Assembly (NCBI GenBank): GCA_913775795.1
Contig: CAJYLT010000042.1
Location: forward strand, 8,669 to 72,668
Origin: an uncultured Sphingomonas sp.
GTDB lineage: Bacteria; Pseudomonadota; Alphaproteobacteria; Sphingomonadales; Sphingomonadaceae
Length of the DNA: 64,000 nucleotides
Reading direction: 5' to 3'
How positions within the stretch are numbered: the stretch's first letter is position 1; the number at the start of each line of letters is the position of its first letter. The position numbers and the translations under genes are program-made. Positions 41,077-51,445 of this stretch are shown piece after piece. The notes under the pieces are model-generated. The model ran no database searches. It saw nothing but the letters and a program-made list of their open reading frames with translations, and was not told the DNA's origin.

Positions 41077-41870
41077 GGTTTGCGGCGGGTTTCCTGACGG
41101 GTACCGGGATACCGTAGCGTGAAGGTCATGTCGCGAGACAGGGCGGGCGTGCCGTCGGTAAGCCGTGTCACGACCCGTTCGCGGCGCTGGTCGAGCAGGC
41201 CGGTCGCCGGGTCGATACGAGTCGTCCGCTCGATCGAGCTCGTCGCGCCCGCAGGCTGGCCGAGCGGTCCCGCGGCTTTCAGCGTCACTTCCAGCCGGTC
41301 GCCGACGCGCGCGGCCATTCGCGTGCCGGGCAGCATGGCGGGGGCGGCCCCGGCGGCGATCGGCGCTGCGGGCAGGTCGATCGGCTCGGCGGGGAAGGGG
41401 CCTTCGCCCGCGGCGCGCGCCTCGATCACGTCGGCGATCAGGCTGCGGAGCATGCCGAGCCGTGCCGCGGCGGGCAGCGCCTCCAGTGGCGTGGCGGCGC
41501 GCTCGCCCACCGTCGTGCGCATCGCCGCGACGAAGCGGGTCCAGACCGCGTCGATCGCATCGACGCCGGTGACGGTGCCGGCGGCATCGAGGCGATAGAC
41601 GATCGGCTGCGCCAGCGTCGCCGCCATCGCGCGGGCAAAGGCGTCGCCGGGCGCATCGACGCTCGCCCCGCCATGCGTCAGCGTCGCGCGCCAACCCGCG
41701 CCGTCGCGCTCGAACACGATGCGGCGGACGGAGCGGTAGTGCTTCTCGGGCTTGCCGGCTTCGGTCTGGCGATGGTCGATGTCGAGCGTCAGCACGACGC
41801 CCGGCGGCGGCGCGAACACGGGCGTGCCGGCCTGGGCCAGCAGCGCCGCGACCAGCCATTCAGCGATCAA
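41073..41870 (-). CDS. Hypothetical exported protein
   Basis: Signal-like N-terminus (WLVAALLAQA), start overlapping the cutA stop; no family recognised. Confidence 0.6.
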   Translation of the reverse strand: MIAEWLVAALLAQAGTPVFAPPPGVVLTLDIDHRQTEAGKPEKHYRSVRRIVFERDGAGWRATLTHGGASVDAPGDAFARAMAATLAQPIVYRLDAAGTVTGVDAIDAVWTRFVAAMRTTVGERAATPLEALPAAARLGMLRSLIADVIEARAAGEGPFPAEPIDLPAAPIAAGAAPAMLPGTRMAARVGDRLEVTLKAAGPLGQPAGATSSIERTTRIDPATGLLDQRRERVVTRLTDGTPALSRDMTFTLRYPGTRQETRRKP

Positions 41871-42177
41871 GCGACTGCTCGATCCAGCGGGCGCCATCCT
41901 CGGTCGTGGCGGCGGGCCACAACTCGATCATCGGCAGGTCGTAGCTGTGAAGTTCGATCAGGCGGTCGCGAAGGGCAAGCGCCTTTTCCATGCTCGTCTT
42001 GAATAGGACGGGCGTCTCGACCTCGGTCTCGACGGCGTCCTTCCAGAAGAAGACCGAGGTGCACGATGCCATGACGTTGGCACAGGCGGCCAGCCCTTCC
42101 TCGACGAGGATGCGGGCGACCGATTCGGCCTCGTCCGCGGTGCCGAACGTGGTCTGGAGCAGCGCGATGTCACTCAT
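41860..42177 (-). CDS. cutA: Divalent cation tolerance protein CutA
   Basis: LVEEGLAACAN, S.FFW, E.P.LFKT, LHSYDLP.I. Confidence 0.93.
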   Translation of the reverse strand: MSDIALLQTTFGTADEAESVARILVEEGLAACANVMASCTSVFFWKDAVETEVETPVLFKTSMEKALALRDRLIELHSYDLPMIELWPAATTEDGARWIEQSLDR

Positions 42178-43208
42178 GCGCGGCGACCCGCGGCGTGCGC
42201 GCCGGCGGCGGCGGCGGCGACGAGTAGCGCGCCGACGATCTGGTGCGTCAGCGCCGGCTCGAACCGGACGCCCGACATGACCGTGGCGATGCCCAGCAGG
42301 ATCTGAATGCCGACGGCGATGTGGATCAGCAGCGACGCGCGCCGATCGCCTGCGCGCTTGGCGGCGCGCGCGAGGAGCATCATCGCGGCGAAGGCGGCGA
42401 ACGCCCACCAGCGATGGATGAAGTGGATTGCGAACGGATCGTCGAGCGCGTCGCTCCACGCCGCCTGCGGCACGACGCGGCCGTTCATCAGCGGCCACTC
42501 ATGCGTGACAAGCCCGGCATTGAGACCGGCCGTGAACGCACCGAACATGATCTGAACCGCCAGCATGCCGAGCGCGATTAGCGGTAGCGGCTTCAGCCGC
42601 GACGGCCTCGCCGCCGGATCGCGGGCGAGCGCCGACAGGTCGCGCGCGGTCCAGACCAGCCCGCCGAGAATGAACAGCGCGAGGCACAGATGCGCCGCCA
42701 GCCGGTAATGGCTGACGTCGGTCCGGTCGACGAGGCCGGAGGCGACCATCCACCAGCCGACCGCCCCCTGCGCACCACCGAGGGCAAGCAGCGCGAGGAG
42801 CCGCGGACCGTATCCGGCCGGAATCTGTCGCCGCACCGCGAACCACAGGAGCGGGAGCGCGAAGGCCAGCCCGATCAGCCGCCCGAGCAGCCGGTGCGCC
42901 CATTCCCAGAAATAGATGAACTTGAAGTCCGACACGCTCATGCCCGCGTTGATCTCGCGGTACTCGGGCGTCGCCTGATACTTGGCGAACTCGGCCTGCC
43001 AGTCAGCGGCATTGAGCGGCGGGATCGCGCCCGACACCGGCTTCCATTCGGTGATCGACAGCCCCGATTCGGTCAGGCGGGTGATGCCCCCCACGGCGAC
43101 CATCAGCAGGATGAGCGCGGCGACGGCGTAAAGCCAGGCGGCGATGGCGCGCGGCCGGGCACGCGGTGCGGCGACCGGCGGCGAGAGCGAGGCGGCAAGC
43201 GTCGACAT
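42174..43208 (-). CDS. ctaA: Heme A synthase (COX15/CtaA)
   Basis: GGITRLTESGLSITEW, WEWAHRL.GR, GWWMV.SG, SHYRLA.HL. Confidence 0.95.
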   Translation of the reverse strand: MSTLAASLSPPVAAPRARPRAIAAWLYAVAALILLMVAVGGITRLTESGLSITEWKPVSGAIPPLNAADWQAEFAKYQATPEYREINAGMSVSDFKFIYFWEWAHRLLGRLIGLAFALPLLWFAVRRQIPAGYGPRLLALLALGGAQGAVGWWMVASGLVDRTDVSHYRLAAHLCLALFILGGLVWTARDLSALARDPAARPSRLKPLPLIALGMLAVQIMFGAFTAGLNAGLVTHEWPLMNGRVVPQAAWSDALDDPFAIHFIHRWWAFAAFAAMMLLARAAKRAGDRRASLLIHIAVGIQILLGIATVMSGVRFEPALTHQIVGALLVAAAAAGAHAAGRRA

Positions 43209-43304
43209 GATGCCGGGCTCAATACGCGTGCGCCGCGCGAACGTCGATGGGACAGATTGTCCGGGGCTGGCTTGCTTAAAGGAAGGAGCAACGGGCAAAT
43301 TCGC

Positions 43305-43321
43305 ATGTGATGTTGTAACCT
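43305..43321. promoter_or_regulatory. Candidate Zur box
   Basis: ATGTGAT-gtt-GTAACCT, 3 mismatches to ATGTTAT-N3-ATAACAT, just upstream of the merC-like and zur genes. Confidence 0.5.
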
Positions 43322-43347
43322 CGTGCCAAAGCCTCTATCTGACGCCC

Positions 43348-43737
43348 GTGCCCCTCGACTCCGCCTCCTCGCCCGCGCCGCGCGGCCGGCTCGATCGCAT
43401 CGCGATCGCGCTGTCGGCGCTGTGCCTCGCGCATTGCCTTGCGAGCGCGGTGGTGCTGGCGCTGTTCGCGTCGCTTGCCGGGCCGCTGCTCGACGACCGG
43501 GTGCACGAGGTCGGTCTTGGCATCGCCGTCATTCTCGGCGCCGTGGCGCTAGGGCGGGGGCTGCGCACGCATGGTCAGCGGCTGCCGCTTATCGTCGGCT
43601 CGGCGGGGCTCGTGCTGATGGCGCTCGACATCCTGTTGCCGCACGGGCCGGGAGAGGTCGGGGCAACCGTGATCGGCGTCACGCTGCTGGCGATCGGTCA
43701 CGTGCTCAACCAGCGTGCGGCCCGCGCCGCGGCCTGA
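43348..43737 (+). CDS. MerC-domain membrane protein
   Basis: LDR.AI.LS.LC.AHCL, conserved His residues, four TM, GH.LN; GTG start inferred. Confidence 0.85.
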   Translation: MPLDSASSPAPRGRLDRIAIALSALCLAHCLASAVVLALFASLAGPLLDDRVHEVGLGIAVILGAVALGRGLRTHGQRLPLIVGSAGLVLMALDILLPHGPGEVGATVIGVTLLAIGHVLNQRAARAAA

Positions 43738-43775
43738 CGCTTGCCCGCACGCCTGCGGGTGCTTAAGTCCCGACC

Positions 43776-44255
43776 ATGGTTCAGGCATCGATTTCCCATC
43801 GCCATCACGATGATCGCGGCGAGGCGCTGACAGCGGCCGCGCGCACCACGCTGGAGGAAGCGGGCGAACAGTGGACGCCGATGCGCGCCAGCGTGTTCGA
43901 GGTGCTGGCCCGGTTCGAGAAGCCCGCCAGCGCCTATGACATCGCCGAGGCGGTGTCGCAGGAAGTCGGCCGCCGCGTCGCCGCCAACAGCGTCTATCGC
44001 ATCCTCGACCTGTTCGTCGCCGCCGACCTCGCCCGCCGGGTCGAGAGCGTGAACGCCTATGTCGCGAACACCCATCCCGGCTGCCTGCACGACTGCATCT
44101 TCCTCGTCTGCGACAAATGCGGGGAGGCGTCGCACCTCGACGCCGACCGCGTGACGTCGATGGTCCGCGAAGTGGCGGGCGAGCGGGGGTTCGTCGCGCG
44201 CCGGCCGATCGTCGAGGTGCGCGGCCTCTGCGCGGATTGCGCCGCGCAAGCCTGA
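43776..44255 (+). CDS. zur: Fur family regulator, Zur-like
   Basis: His-rich N-terminus, WT.MR..V, SAYDI, SVYRILD, two CxxC motifs. Confidence 0.85.
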   Translation: MVQASISHRHHDDRGEALTAAARTTLEEAGEQWTPMRASVFEVLARFEKPASAYDIAEAVSQEVGRRVAANSVYRILDLFVAADLARRVESVNAYVANTHPGCLHDCIFLVCDKCGEASHLDADRVTSMVREVAGERGFVARRPIVEVRGLCADCAAQA

Positions 44256-44320
44256 ATCACGGGCCAAAGCCGGCAAGCGCAACAATCGACAGGGTGTGTC
44301 CGATACGTTAGACCCGCATA

Positions 44321-46243
44321 ATGTCACAATCGCCCGACACGCCGCTGCTCGACACGGTCAGCACCCCCGCCGACCTTCGCCGCCTGAAACCCGCCCAGCT
44401 TCGCCAGCTCGCCGATGAATTGCGGACCGAGACGATCTCTGCGGTCGGGACGACGGGCGGGCATCTGGGTTCGGGCCTGGGCGTGGTCGAGCTGACGACG
44501 GCGATCCACTACGTCTTCAACACGCCCGACGACCGGCTGATCTGGGACGTCGGGCACCAATGCTATCCGCACAAGATCCTGACCGGGCGGCGCGACCGCA
44601 TCCGCACGCTGCGCACCGGCGGCGGCCTGTCGGGCTTCACCAAGCGGACCGAGAGCGAATACGACCCCTTCGGCGCGGCGCACAGCTCGACCTCGATCTC
44701 GGCGGCGCTGGGCTTCGCCGTCGCCAACAAGCTGACCGGCGCGCCGGGCAAGGCGATCGCGGTGATCGGCGACGGCGCGATGTCGGCGGGCATGGCGTAC
44801 GAGGCGATGAACAATGCCGAGCAGGCGGGCAATCGCTTGGTCGTCATCCTCAACGACAACGACATGTCGATCGCGCCGCCGGTGGGCGGGCTGTCGGCCT
44901 ATCTCAGTCGCATCGTGTCGAGCCGCGAGTTCCTGGGCCTGCGCGAGACGCTGAAGAAGTTCGCGCGCAAGCTGCCGCGCCCGATCCACAGCGCCGCCAA
45001 GAAGACCGACGAGTTCGCGCGCGGCATGACGATGGGCGGCACGCTGTTCGAGGAACTGGGCTTCTATTATGTCGGCCCGATCGACGGCCACAATCTCGAC
45101 CACCTGATTCCGGTGCTCGAGAATGTCCGCGATGCGGAGGAGGGGCCGATCCTCGTCCACGTCGTCACCAAGAAGGGCAAGGGATACGCGCCCGCAGAGA
45201 AGGCGGCGGACAAGTATCACGGCGTCCAGAAGTTCGACGTCATTACCGGTGCGCAGGCCAAGGCGCCGCCGGGGCCACCCTCCTACCAGAACGTATTCGG
45301 CGAGACGCTGGCGAAGCTGGCCGAGACCGACGAGCGCATCTGTGCGATCACCGCGGCGATGCCGTCGGGCACTGGCGTCGACAAGTTCGCACAGGCGCAT
45401 CCGACCCGCGCCTTCGACGTGGGCATTGCCGAGCAGCACGCCGTCACCTTCGCCGCTGGCCTCGCCGCGCAGGGGATGCGGCCGTTCTGCGCGATCTACT
45501 CGACCTTCCTTCAGCGCGCCTACGACCAGGTGGTCCACGACGTGGCGATCCAGAACCTGCCGGTCCGCTTCGCGATCGACCGCGCCGGGCTGGTCGGCGC
45601 GGACGGTGCGACGCATGCGGGCAGCTTCGACGTTACCTATCTGGCGTCACTCCCCAATTTCGTCGTCATGGCCGCGGCGGACGAGGCCGAGCTCGCGCAC
45701 ATGACCTATACCGCGGCCGAGCATGACAGCGGGCCGATCGCGGTCCGCTATCCGCGCGGCAACGGCACCGGGGTTGAGATGCCCGCGGTCCTGCAAAAGC
45801 TCGAGATCGGCAAGGGCCGCATGGTGCGCGAGGGCAAGGCGGTAGCGATCCTGTCGCTCGGCACCCGCCTGGGCGAGGCTCTCAAGGCTGCCGACGCGCT
45901 GGAGGCCAAGGGGCTGTCGACCACCGTCGCTGACCTGCGCTTCGCCAAGCCGCTGGACGAGGCCCTGATCCGCCGCCTGCTCGCGACGCACGAGGTCGCC
46001 GTCACGATCGAGGAGAACGCGATCGGCGGTCTGGGCGCGCACGTCCTGACCATGGCGAGCGACCAGGGGCTGATCGACGCCGGCCTGAAGCTGCGCACGA
46101 TGCGGCTGCCCGACCGGTTTCAGGATCACGACAAGCCCGAGCTTCAATATGACGAGGCGGGGCTCAACGCCGCGCACATCGTCGATACCGTGCTCAAGGC
46201 GCTGCGTCACAACAGTGAAGGGCTGGCCGACGCGCGGGCCTGA
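44321..46243 (+). CDS. dxs: 1-deoxy-D-xylulose-5-phosphate synthase
   Basis: GGHLG..LGVVEL, WDVGHQ, IGDGA..NDN TPP motif, IAEQHAV, DRAG.VG.DG.TH. Confidence 0.98.
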   Translation: MSQSPDTPLLDTVSTPADLRRLKPAQLRQLADELRTETISAVGTTGGHLGSGLGVVELTTAIHYVFNTPDDRLIWDVGHQCYPHKILTGRRDRIRTLRTGGGLSGFTKRTESEYDPFGAAHSSTSISAALGFAVANKLTGAPGKAIAVIGDGAMSAGMAYEAMNNAEQAGNRLVVILNDNDMSIAPPVGGLSAYLSRIVSSREFLGLRETLKKFARKLPRPIHSAAKKTDEFARGMTMGGTLFEELGFYYVGPIDGHNLDHLIPVLENVRDAEEGPILVHVVTKKGKGYAPAEKAADKYHGVQKFDVITGAQAKAPPGPPSYQNVFGETLAKLAETDERICAITAAMPSGTGVDKFAQAHPTRAFDVGIAEQHAVTFAAGLAAQGMRPFCAIYSTFLQRAYDQVVHDVAIQNLPVRFAIDRAGLVGADGATHAGSFDVTYLASLPNFVVMAAADEAELAHMTYTAAEHDSGPIAVRYPRGNGTGVEMPAVLQKLEIGKGRMVREGKAVAILSLGTRLGEALKAADALEAKGLSTTVADLRFAKPLDEALIRRLLATHEVAVTIEENAIGGLGAHVLTMASDQGLIDAGLKLRTMRLPDRFQDHDKPELQYDEAGLNAAHIVDTVLKALRHNSEGLADARA

Positions 46244-46261
46244 TTGGCCGGCGAATCAAGC

Positions 46262-46300
46262 AGCGGGATCCCGGAGCGAGTCCGGGGTCCCGCTTCTTCG
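46262..46300 (+). terminator. Hairpin terminator after dxs
   Basis: agcgggatcccgga-gcgag-tccggggtcccgct followed by a pyrimidine run. Confidence 0.7.
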
Positions 46301-46459
46301 TTCTACGCGCGTGATCTCAACGATCTAAGCCACGCTTCTCATCGCGGGCATTAGCCGAAAAGGGCTTCGTTCACGAGGCTCCGACCCGCGGATGATTGTA
46401 TCTTCACAACCCGTGTGAAGTTCGTTCAGCGTCACCAAAGCACAACATTCCTCCGGCCA

Positions 46460-46481
46460 CCGTCATCACAGCGTCATCACC
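46460..46481 (+). promoter_or_regulatory. Candidate Pho box
   Basis: GTCAT at 46462 and 46473 (11-bp periodic direct repeat cGTCATcaca-gcGTCATcac) upstream of the TonB receptor. Confidence 0.5.
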
Positions 46482-46550
46482 ACGCCGCGCGGACTTCATC
46501 GACCACGCGCAACGCGGCCCCCGACAACGATCGACTAAGGGGGTCACGAC

Positions 46551-48887
46551 ATGAAACTGCGCCTTTCGGCAGCCGCGATGCTGCTCGCCTCGACCGCGAG
46601 CCCGGCACTCGCCCAATCCTCGATCCAGGAGGGCGACGCGCCGACGGATTCGAACGACATTCTGGTGACCGCGCAGAAGATCGAGCAGCGCGCGGTCGAC
46701 GTGCCGATCACCATATCGGCGGTGTCAGGCGACCGCATCTCCGAACTCGGTGTCGGCGATCTCGACGAGCTGTCGAGCTATATTCCCGGCCTCAATATTC
46801 AGGAGCAGAGCGCCAACAATCCCGGCATCGTCATCCGCGGCATCACCTCGGATTCGGGCTCGTCGCAGCAGGGACCGCGCGTCACGCTCTATTACAATGG
46901 GATCGACATCTCGCGCTCGCGCGGCTCGTATCAGGCGATCTACGATCTCGAGCGGGTCGAGGTCATCAAAGGGCCGCAGGCGACACTGTTCGGCACCGCC
47001 AGCGCGGTCGGCGCAATCAGCCTGACCTCGGCGCGGCCCAAGGCCGGCTTCTCCGGCGCGCTGACCGGTGGTTACGGCAATTACGACCAGACGCTGGTGT
47101 CGGGCTTCCTCAACGCCGGCAGCGACAAGATCGCCGGCCGCATCGCGTTCGAATGGAAGAAGCGCGACGGCTATGTTGAGAACCTGTCGCCGCGGCAGGA
47201 GAAGGAGCTCTACGCGCAGGACCAGCTCGGCGTGCGTGCGTCGCTGCGTTTCACGCCGACCGAGGACCTGACCGTCGACCTGATCGGCACCTATGACCGG
47301 CAGCGTAACGGCGGCACCCCCTTCGTCTCGCGCCGCCTGCCGACCGAGGCGGGGCCGGGCAATCCGTTCGGCGTCGCCAATCTCGGCGGCTCGCCGCTCT
47401 CGGCTCAGGTGCTGGGCAACGACCAGCTCGGCCTGACGCGCGACGTCTATGACGCCAACCTGACCGCGTCGTGGGACTTTGCCGACGGCTGGAACTTCAC
47501 GACGGTCAACGGCTATCGCAAGTTCGACAGCAACGAGGTGTTCGACGCCGACGGCTCGGCCGCCTGGTTCCTCGAATTCGCAGAGGATTCGCGCGGCTGG
47601 CAGGCGAGCCATGAGGGCCGCTTCAGCTATCGCGATCCCAACTGGCGCGCGCAGTTCGGCTGGAACGTGTTCGTCGAGGACAATTTTCAGCGCGTGCCGT
47701 TTTCGAGCGAGGAGGGGACCTTCCTCCAGTGCGCCAGCTTCCTTGCCGGCGCACCGCTGATACCCGGCCTCGGCTGCATCGATTCGGCGGGTGTGGTGCA
47801 GGCGGCACGCGCGACGTCGATCGCCACGGGCGGCCGACTGACGCAGGTGCCGTACAGCTCCGAATTCAAGAATATCGGCCAGAACGACGCCTATTCGATG
47901 TTCGGCGACGTGACGTGGATCCCGGTGCCCGCACTCGAACTTACCGCGGGCGCGCGCGTGCTGATCGAGCAGCGCAAGTCGGGCTATACGACGCGCGTGC
48001 CGCGCCCGGTGCTCAACCCGACCGCCTTTTCGCTGATCCCCGGCCAGACCGACACCGGCGGGCTGACCTTCTGGCGGCAGCAGAGCTATGCGGCGGTGCT
48101 GCCGCGGTTCAACGCGCTGTTCCGGCTGTCGGACGCGATCAACGTCTACGCGACGATCTCGAAGGGGCGCCGCTCGCCCGTCGTCCAGCTCGATGCGCAG
48201 CGGACGACGGTAGCGCCGGGCAGCACGCGGGTCAGCCCGCGGGTGCAACTGGTGCCGGAGGAAACGGTCTGGAATTACGAGGGCGGGATCAAGGGCGCGG
48301 TCGGCCCGGTTTCGGGCTCGCTCGGCGTCTATTACCAGAAGTATGACGGGTTTCAGGTGAGCGTGCAGCAGGCCAACGGCACGTCGATCACGCAAAGCGC
48401 GGGGACGGCGAGCAACCTGGGCGTCGAGGCCGAATTGAACGTGCGGCCGACCCGGTGGCTGAGCCTGTTCGGCAATGTCGGCTATATTGACGGCGGCATC
48501 GACCGGAACAACCGCTTCGCGCCGCAATTCTCGGGTGCGCGCTTCCGCCTTCAGCCAGAGTGGCAGGCGGCGGGCGGCCTGACGATCGACGCTCCGCTGG
48601 GCGGCGGGATGCGCTTCTTCGCGACGCCGAGCGTGACGTACCGCAGCCGCATCTTCTTCGAAGTGCCGAACAACCGCGCAATCAGCCAGGGGCCGGTGAC
48701 GCTGGTCAATGCGCGCGCGGGCGTGAGCTTCGCCGAGGAGCGGTTCGAACTGGCGGGCTTCATCCGCAACGCCACCGACGAGGACTATCTGCTCGACGCG
48801 GGCAACACCGGCGGCGGGTTCGGCATTCCGACCTTCATCCCTGCCGAGCCGCGTTTCTACGGCGGGCAGATCACCGCGCGCTTCTGA
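46551..48887 (+). CDS. TonB-dependent outer-membrane receptor
   Basis: Signal peptide ending ALA, TonB box DILVTAQ, ERVEVIKGPQ.TLFG, C-terminal Phe. Confidence 0.96.
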   Translation: MKLRLSAAAMLLASTASPALAQSSIQEGDAPTDSNDILVTAQKIEQRAVDVPITISAVSGDRISELGVGDLDELSSYIPGLNIQEQSANNPGIVIRGITSDSGSSQQGPRVTLYYNGIDISRSRGSYQAIYDLERVEVIKGPQATLFGTASAVGAISLTSARPKAGFSGALTGGYGNYDQTLVSGFLNAGSDKIAGRIAFEWKKRDGYVENLSPRQEKELYAQDQLGVRASLRFTPTEDLTVDLIGTYDRQRNGGTPFVSRRLPTEAGPGNPFGVANLGGSPLSAQVLGNDQLGLTRDVYDANLTASWDFADGWNFTTVNGYRKFDSNEVFDADGSAAWFLEFAEDSRGWQASHEGRFSYRDPNWRAQFGWNVFVEDNFQRVPFSSEEGTFLQCASFLAGAPLIPGLGCIDSAGVVQAARATSIATGGRLTQVPYSSEFKNIGQNDAYSMFGDVTWIPVPALELTAGARVLIEQRKSGYTTRVPRPVLNPTAFSLIPGQTDTGGLTFWRQQSYAAVLPRFNALFRLSDAINVYATISKGRRSPVVQLDAQRTTVAPGSTRVSPRVQLVPEETVWNYEGGIKGAVGPVSGSLGVYYQKYDGFQVSVQQANGTSITQSAGTASNLGVEAELNVRPTRWLSLFGNVGYIDGGIDRNNRFAPQFSGARFRLQPEWQAAGGLTIDAPLGGGMRFFATPSVTYRSRIFFEVPNNRAISQGPVTLVNARAGVSFAEERFELAGFIRNATDEDYLLDAGNTGGGFGIPTFIPAEPRFYGGQITARF

Positions 48888-48890
48888 TAC

Positions 48891-48935
48891 GAAAAAGGCC
48901 CCCGTCGCGGGTGCGGCGGGGGCCCTTTCATTTAT
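48891..48935. terminator. Bidirectional intrinsic terminator
   Basis: AAAAA-ggcccccgtcgc-gggt-gcggcgggggcc-CTTTCATTT between convergent genes. Confidence 0.8.
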
Positions 48936-48951
48936 CGATCGGAGAAGCGGA

Positions 48952-50451
48952 TCAGGCTTCCTCGACCCCGTCGATGCCGCGCCCGACATGGCTGCGCGAG
49001 CGGCTGTAGGTGAAATAGACGACGATGCCGATCGCTGCCCAGATCGCGAACAGCATCTTGCTGTGCGGGTCGAGGCTCCAGAAAAGATAGGCGCAGCCGA
49101 TGATCGACAGCGGCGCCACGACCCACACCAGCGGCGTACGGAACGGGCGCTTGCGGTCGGGATCGGTGCGGCGAAGCACCAGCACCGCGAACGACACCGC
49201 GGCAAAGGCGAACAGCGTGCCCGAGTTCGAGATGTTGGCGAGCGCCCCCACCGGGAAGAACGCCGCGAACAGCGATACCGCGATACCCGTCAGGATGGTG
49301 ATGACGTGCGGCGTGTTGAACTTCGGGTGGATGCGGCTGAACATTGCCGGGAGCAGGCCGTCGCGGCTCATCGTGAAGAAGATGCGGGTCTGGCCGAACA
49401 TCATCATCAGGATGACCGAGGGGAGGGCGAGGATCGCGGCGAGGCCGACGAGGTTGCCGATCTGCGGCCAGCCGATCTCGCGCAGGACGAACGCCAGCGC
49501 TTCCTTCGAGCAGACCACGTCCTTGGCACCCGCCGCCGCGCGCGCCGCGCACTGCTGCGCGAGCTCGGGGCTGCCGGGCTCGAGGATGCCGCCGATCGCG
49601 CTCATCACCGGCTGCGCGCTGATGCCCGGGGCACCGATGACGCCCGCCGACACGAGGATGTAGAAGATGGTGCAGAAGCCGAGGCTGCCGATCAGGCCGA
49701 TCGGCATGTTGCGCTGCGGGTTCTTCGTCTCCTCCGCCGCGGTCGAGACGGCGTCGAACCCGACATAGGCGAAGAAGATCGACGCGGCGGCGGCCGAAAT
49801 GCCCCCGAAGCCGAGCGGCGAGAAGGGCGTGAACTGCTCCATGTTCATCACCGGGATGGCGAGGATGATGAACAGCGTCAGCGCCACGACCTTGATGCAG
49901 ACGAGGATCGCGTTGATCGTCGCCGATTCCTTGGTGCCGATCACCAGGAGCCAGGTGACGAGGCCGGCGATGATCATCGCGGGCAGGTTGATGAGCCCGC
50001 CGTCTAGCGGCCCGAGCACCAACGCGTTCGGGATGTCGATCCCGAAACTATGCTCGATCGCGCCGATCATATAGCCGGACCAGCCGACCGACACCGCGCC
50101 CGCGGCGACCGCATATTCTAGGATCAGCGCCCAGCCGACCATCCAGGCGATGAGCTCGCCCATGACCGCGTAGCTATAAGTGTAGGCCGATCCCGAAACC
50201 GGGACCATCGCCGCCATTTCGGCGTAGCAGAGCGCGGCGACCGCGCAGACGAGACCGGCGATGATGAACGAGATCATCATGCCCGGCCCGGCCTTTTGCG
50301 CGGCCTCGGCCGTCAGCACGAAGATGCCGGTGCCGATCACGGCGCCGATGCCGAGCATGGTGAGTTGGAACGCGCCCAGCGATCGATGGAGCGACTTCTT
50401 TTCGGCGGTCGCCAAAATGGCGTCGAGAGGCTTCACGCGCCCGAATATCAT
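48952..50451 (-). CDS. APC family amino acid permease
   Basis: IGAVIGTGIF, GSAYTY, FFAYVGFDAVSTAAEE, RDGLLP. Confidence 0.95.
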   Translation of the reverse strand: MIFGRVKPLDAILATAEKKSLHRSLGAFQLTMLGIGAVIGTGIFVLTAEAAQKAGPGMMISFIIAGLVCAVAALCYAEMAAMVPVSGSAYTYSYAVMGELIAWMVGWALILEYAVAAGAVSVGWSGYMIGAIEHSFGIDIPNALVLGPLDGGLINLPAMIIAGLVTWLLVIGTKESATINAILVCIKVVALTLFIILAIPVMNMEQFTPFSPLGFGGISAAAASIFFAYVGFDAVSTAAEETKNPQRNMPIGLIGSLGFCTIFYILVSAGVIGAPGISAQPVMSAIGGILEPGSPELAQQCAARAAAGAKDVVCSKEALAFVLREIGWPQIGNLVGLAAILALPSVILMMMFGQTRIFFTMSRDGLLPAMFSRIHPKFNTPHVITILTGIAVSLFAAFFPVGALANISNSGTLFAFAAVSFAVLVLRRTDPDRKRPFRTPLVWVVAPLSIIGCAYLFWSLDPHSKMLFAIWAAIGIVVYFTYSRSRSHVGRGIDGVEEA

Positions 50452-50572
50452 TCACGGTCCCCTAGGGTGCGGCTTGTCGTCGCCGCGGATTGGATCGGCG
50501 GGAGCCTAGTGGGAAAAGTTCCGCTTGCAACCGCCAAAGCGCCGATTGGGCGTACGGTGATGCAGCGTTGCC

Positions 50573-50944
50573 TTACCGCGCCAGCATCGGGCCGAGCGGG
50601 TTCCCGGCGAAGATGTGGACATGCAGATGCGGCACTTCCTGCCCGCCATGCCCGCCGGTGTTGGCGAGCAGGCGATAGCCCGCCCCCACATGCGCGCGCG
50701 CGACATGGCCGATGGCGCGGGTGAAGCCGGCAATCTCCGCATCGCTCGCCCGCGCGCTGAAATCGTCCCAGCTCACATAAGCGCCGCGGGGGATGACGAG
50801 GATGTGGACGGGCGCCTGCGGGGCGATGTCGTGAAAGGCGAGGGCGAAATCGTCCTCATAGACGCGCTTCGCCGGGATCTCACCGCGAAGGATCCTCGCA
50901 AAGATGTTGGCGTCGTCATAGGCTTGCGTGGCGTCGATCGGCAT
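50573..50944 (-). CDS. HIT family protein (HinT-like)
   Basis: NIFARILRGEIP, GGQEVPHLHVH histidine triad. Confidence 0.95.
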   Translation of the reverse strand: MPIDATQAYDDANIFARILRGEIPAKRVYEDDFALAFHDIAPQAPVHILVIPRGAYVSWDDFSARASDAEIAGFTRAIGHVARAHVGAGYRLLANTGGHGGQEVPHLHVHIFAGNPLGPMLAR

Positions 50945-51414
50945 CAGAAGCCTCCGGTCGCGGGGGGTAGCGGGCGCGGGCTGCCGGGCTTTTCGGCCTC
51001 GGGGCGAAGCGGCGCGGCGGCGGGCGCGGCCTCGTCATGACCGAGCGGTAGCGGGCCGGTCTCGGGTGCTGCCGACGTCGGCGAGGGCGGCGGGACAGCG
51101 CGCGATGCCTTTTCGACGAGGCCCGACAGCCCCTCTCGCCGCGCGAGCTCGGCGCGGATGTCGTCGAGGCGGAGGCCCGCATCGACGAGCAGGACGATGA
51201 GGTGGAAGATGAGGTCCGCCGCCTCGCCCTTCAGCGAGTTGCGATCGCCCTGCACCGCGGCGATCGCGACCTCGACGGCTTCCTCGCCCACTTTCTGTGC
51301 GATCTTGGGCCGGCCCTTTTCGAACAGGGCGGCGACGTAGCTCGCTTTGGTATCGCCGCCGCGGCGGCTGCGGATGACGGCTTCGAGCGCGTCGAACGGA
51401 TCGGTACTGGTCAT
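50944..51414 (-). CDS. hisE: Phosphoribosyl-ATP pyrophosphohydrolase with a Pro/Ala-rich C-terminal extension
   Basis: SYVA.L, KVGEEAVE, EAADLIFH, EL.RREG.SG..EKASR; start ATG 51414. Confidence 0.95.
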   Translation of the reverse strand: MTSTDPFDALEAVIRSRRGGDTKASYVAALFEKGRPKIAQKVGEEAVEVAIAAVQGDRNSLKGEAADLIFHLIVLLVDAGLRLDDIRAELARREGLSGLVEKASRAVPPPSPTSAAPETGPLPLGHDEAAPAAAPLRPEAEKPGSPRPLPPATGGF

Positions 51415-51445
51415 GCCCCTCGCTGGCGGGAGGGAGCGGCGCTTG

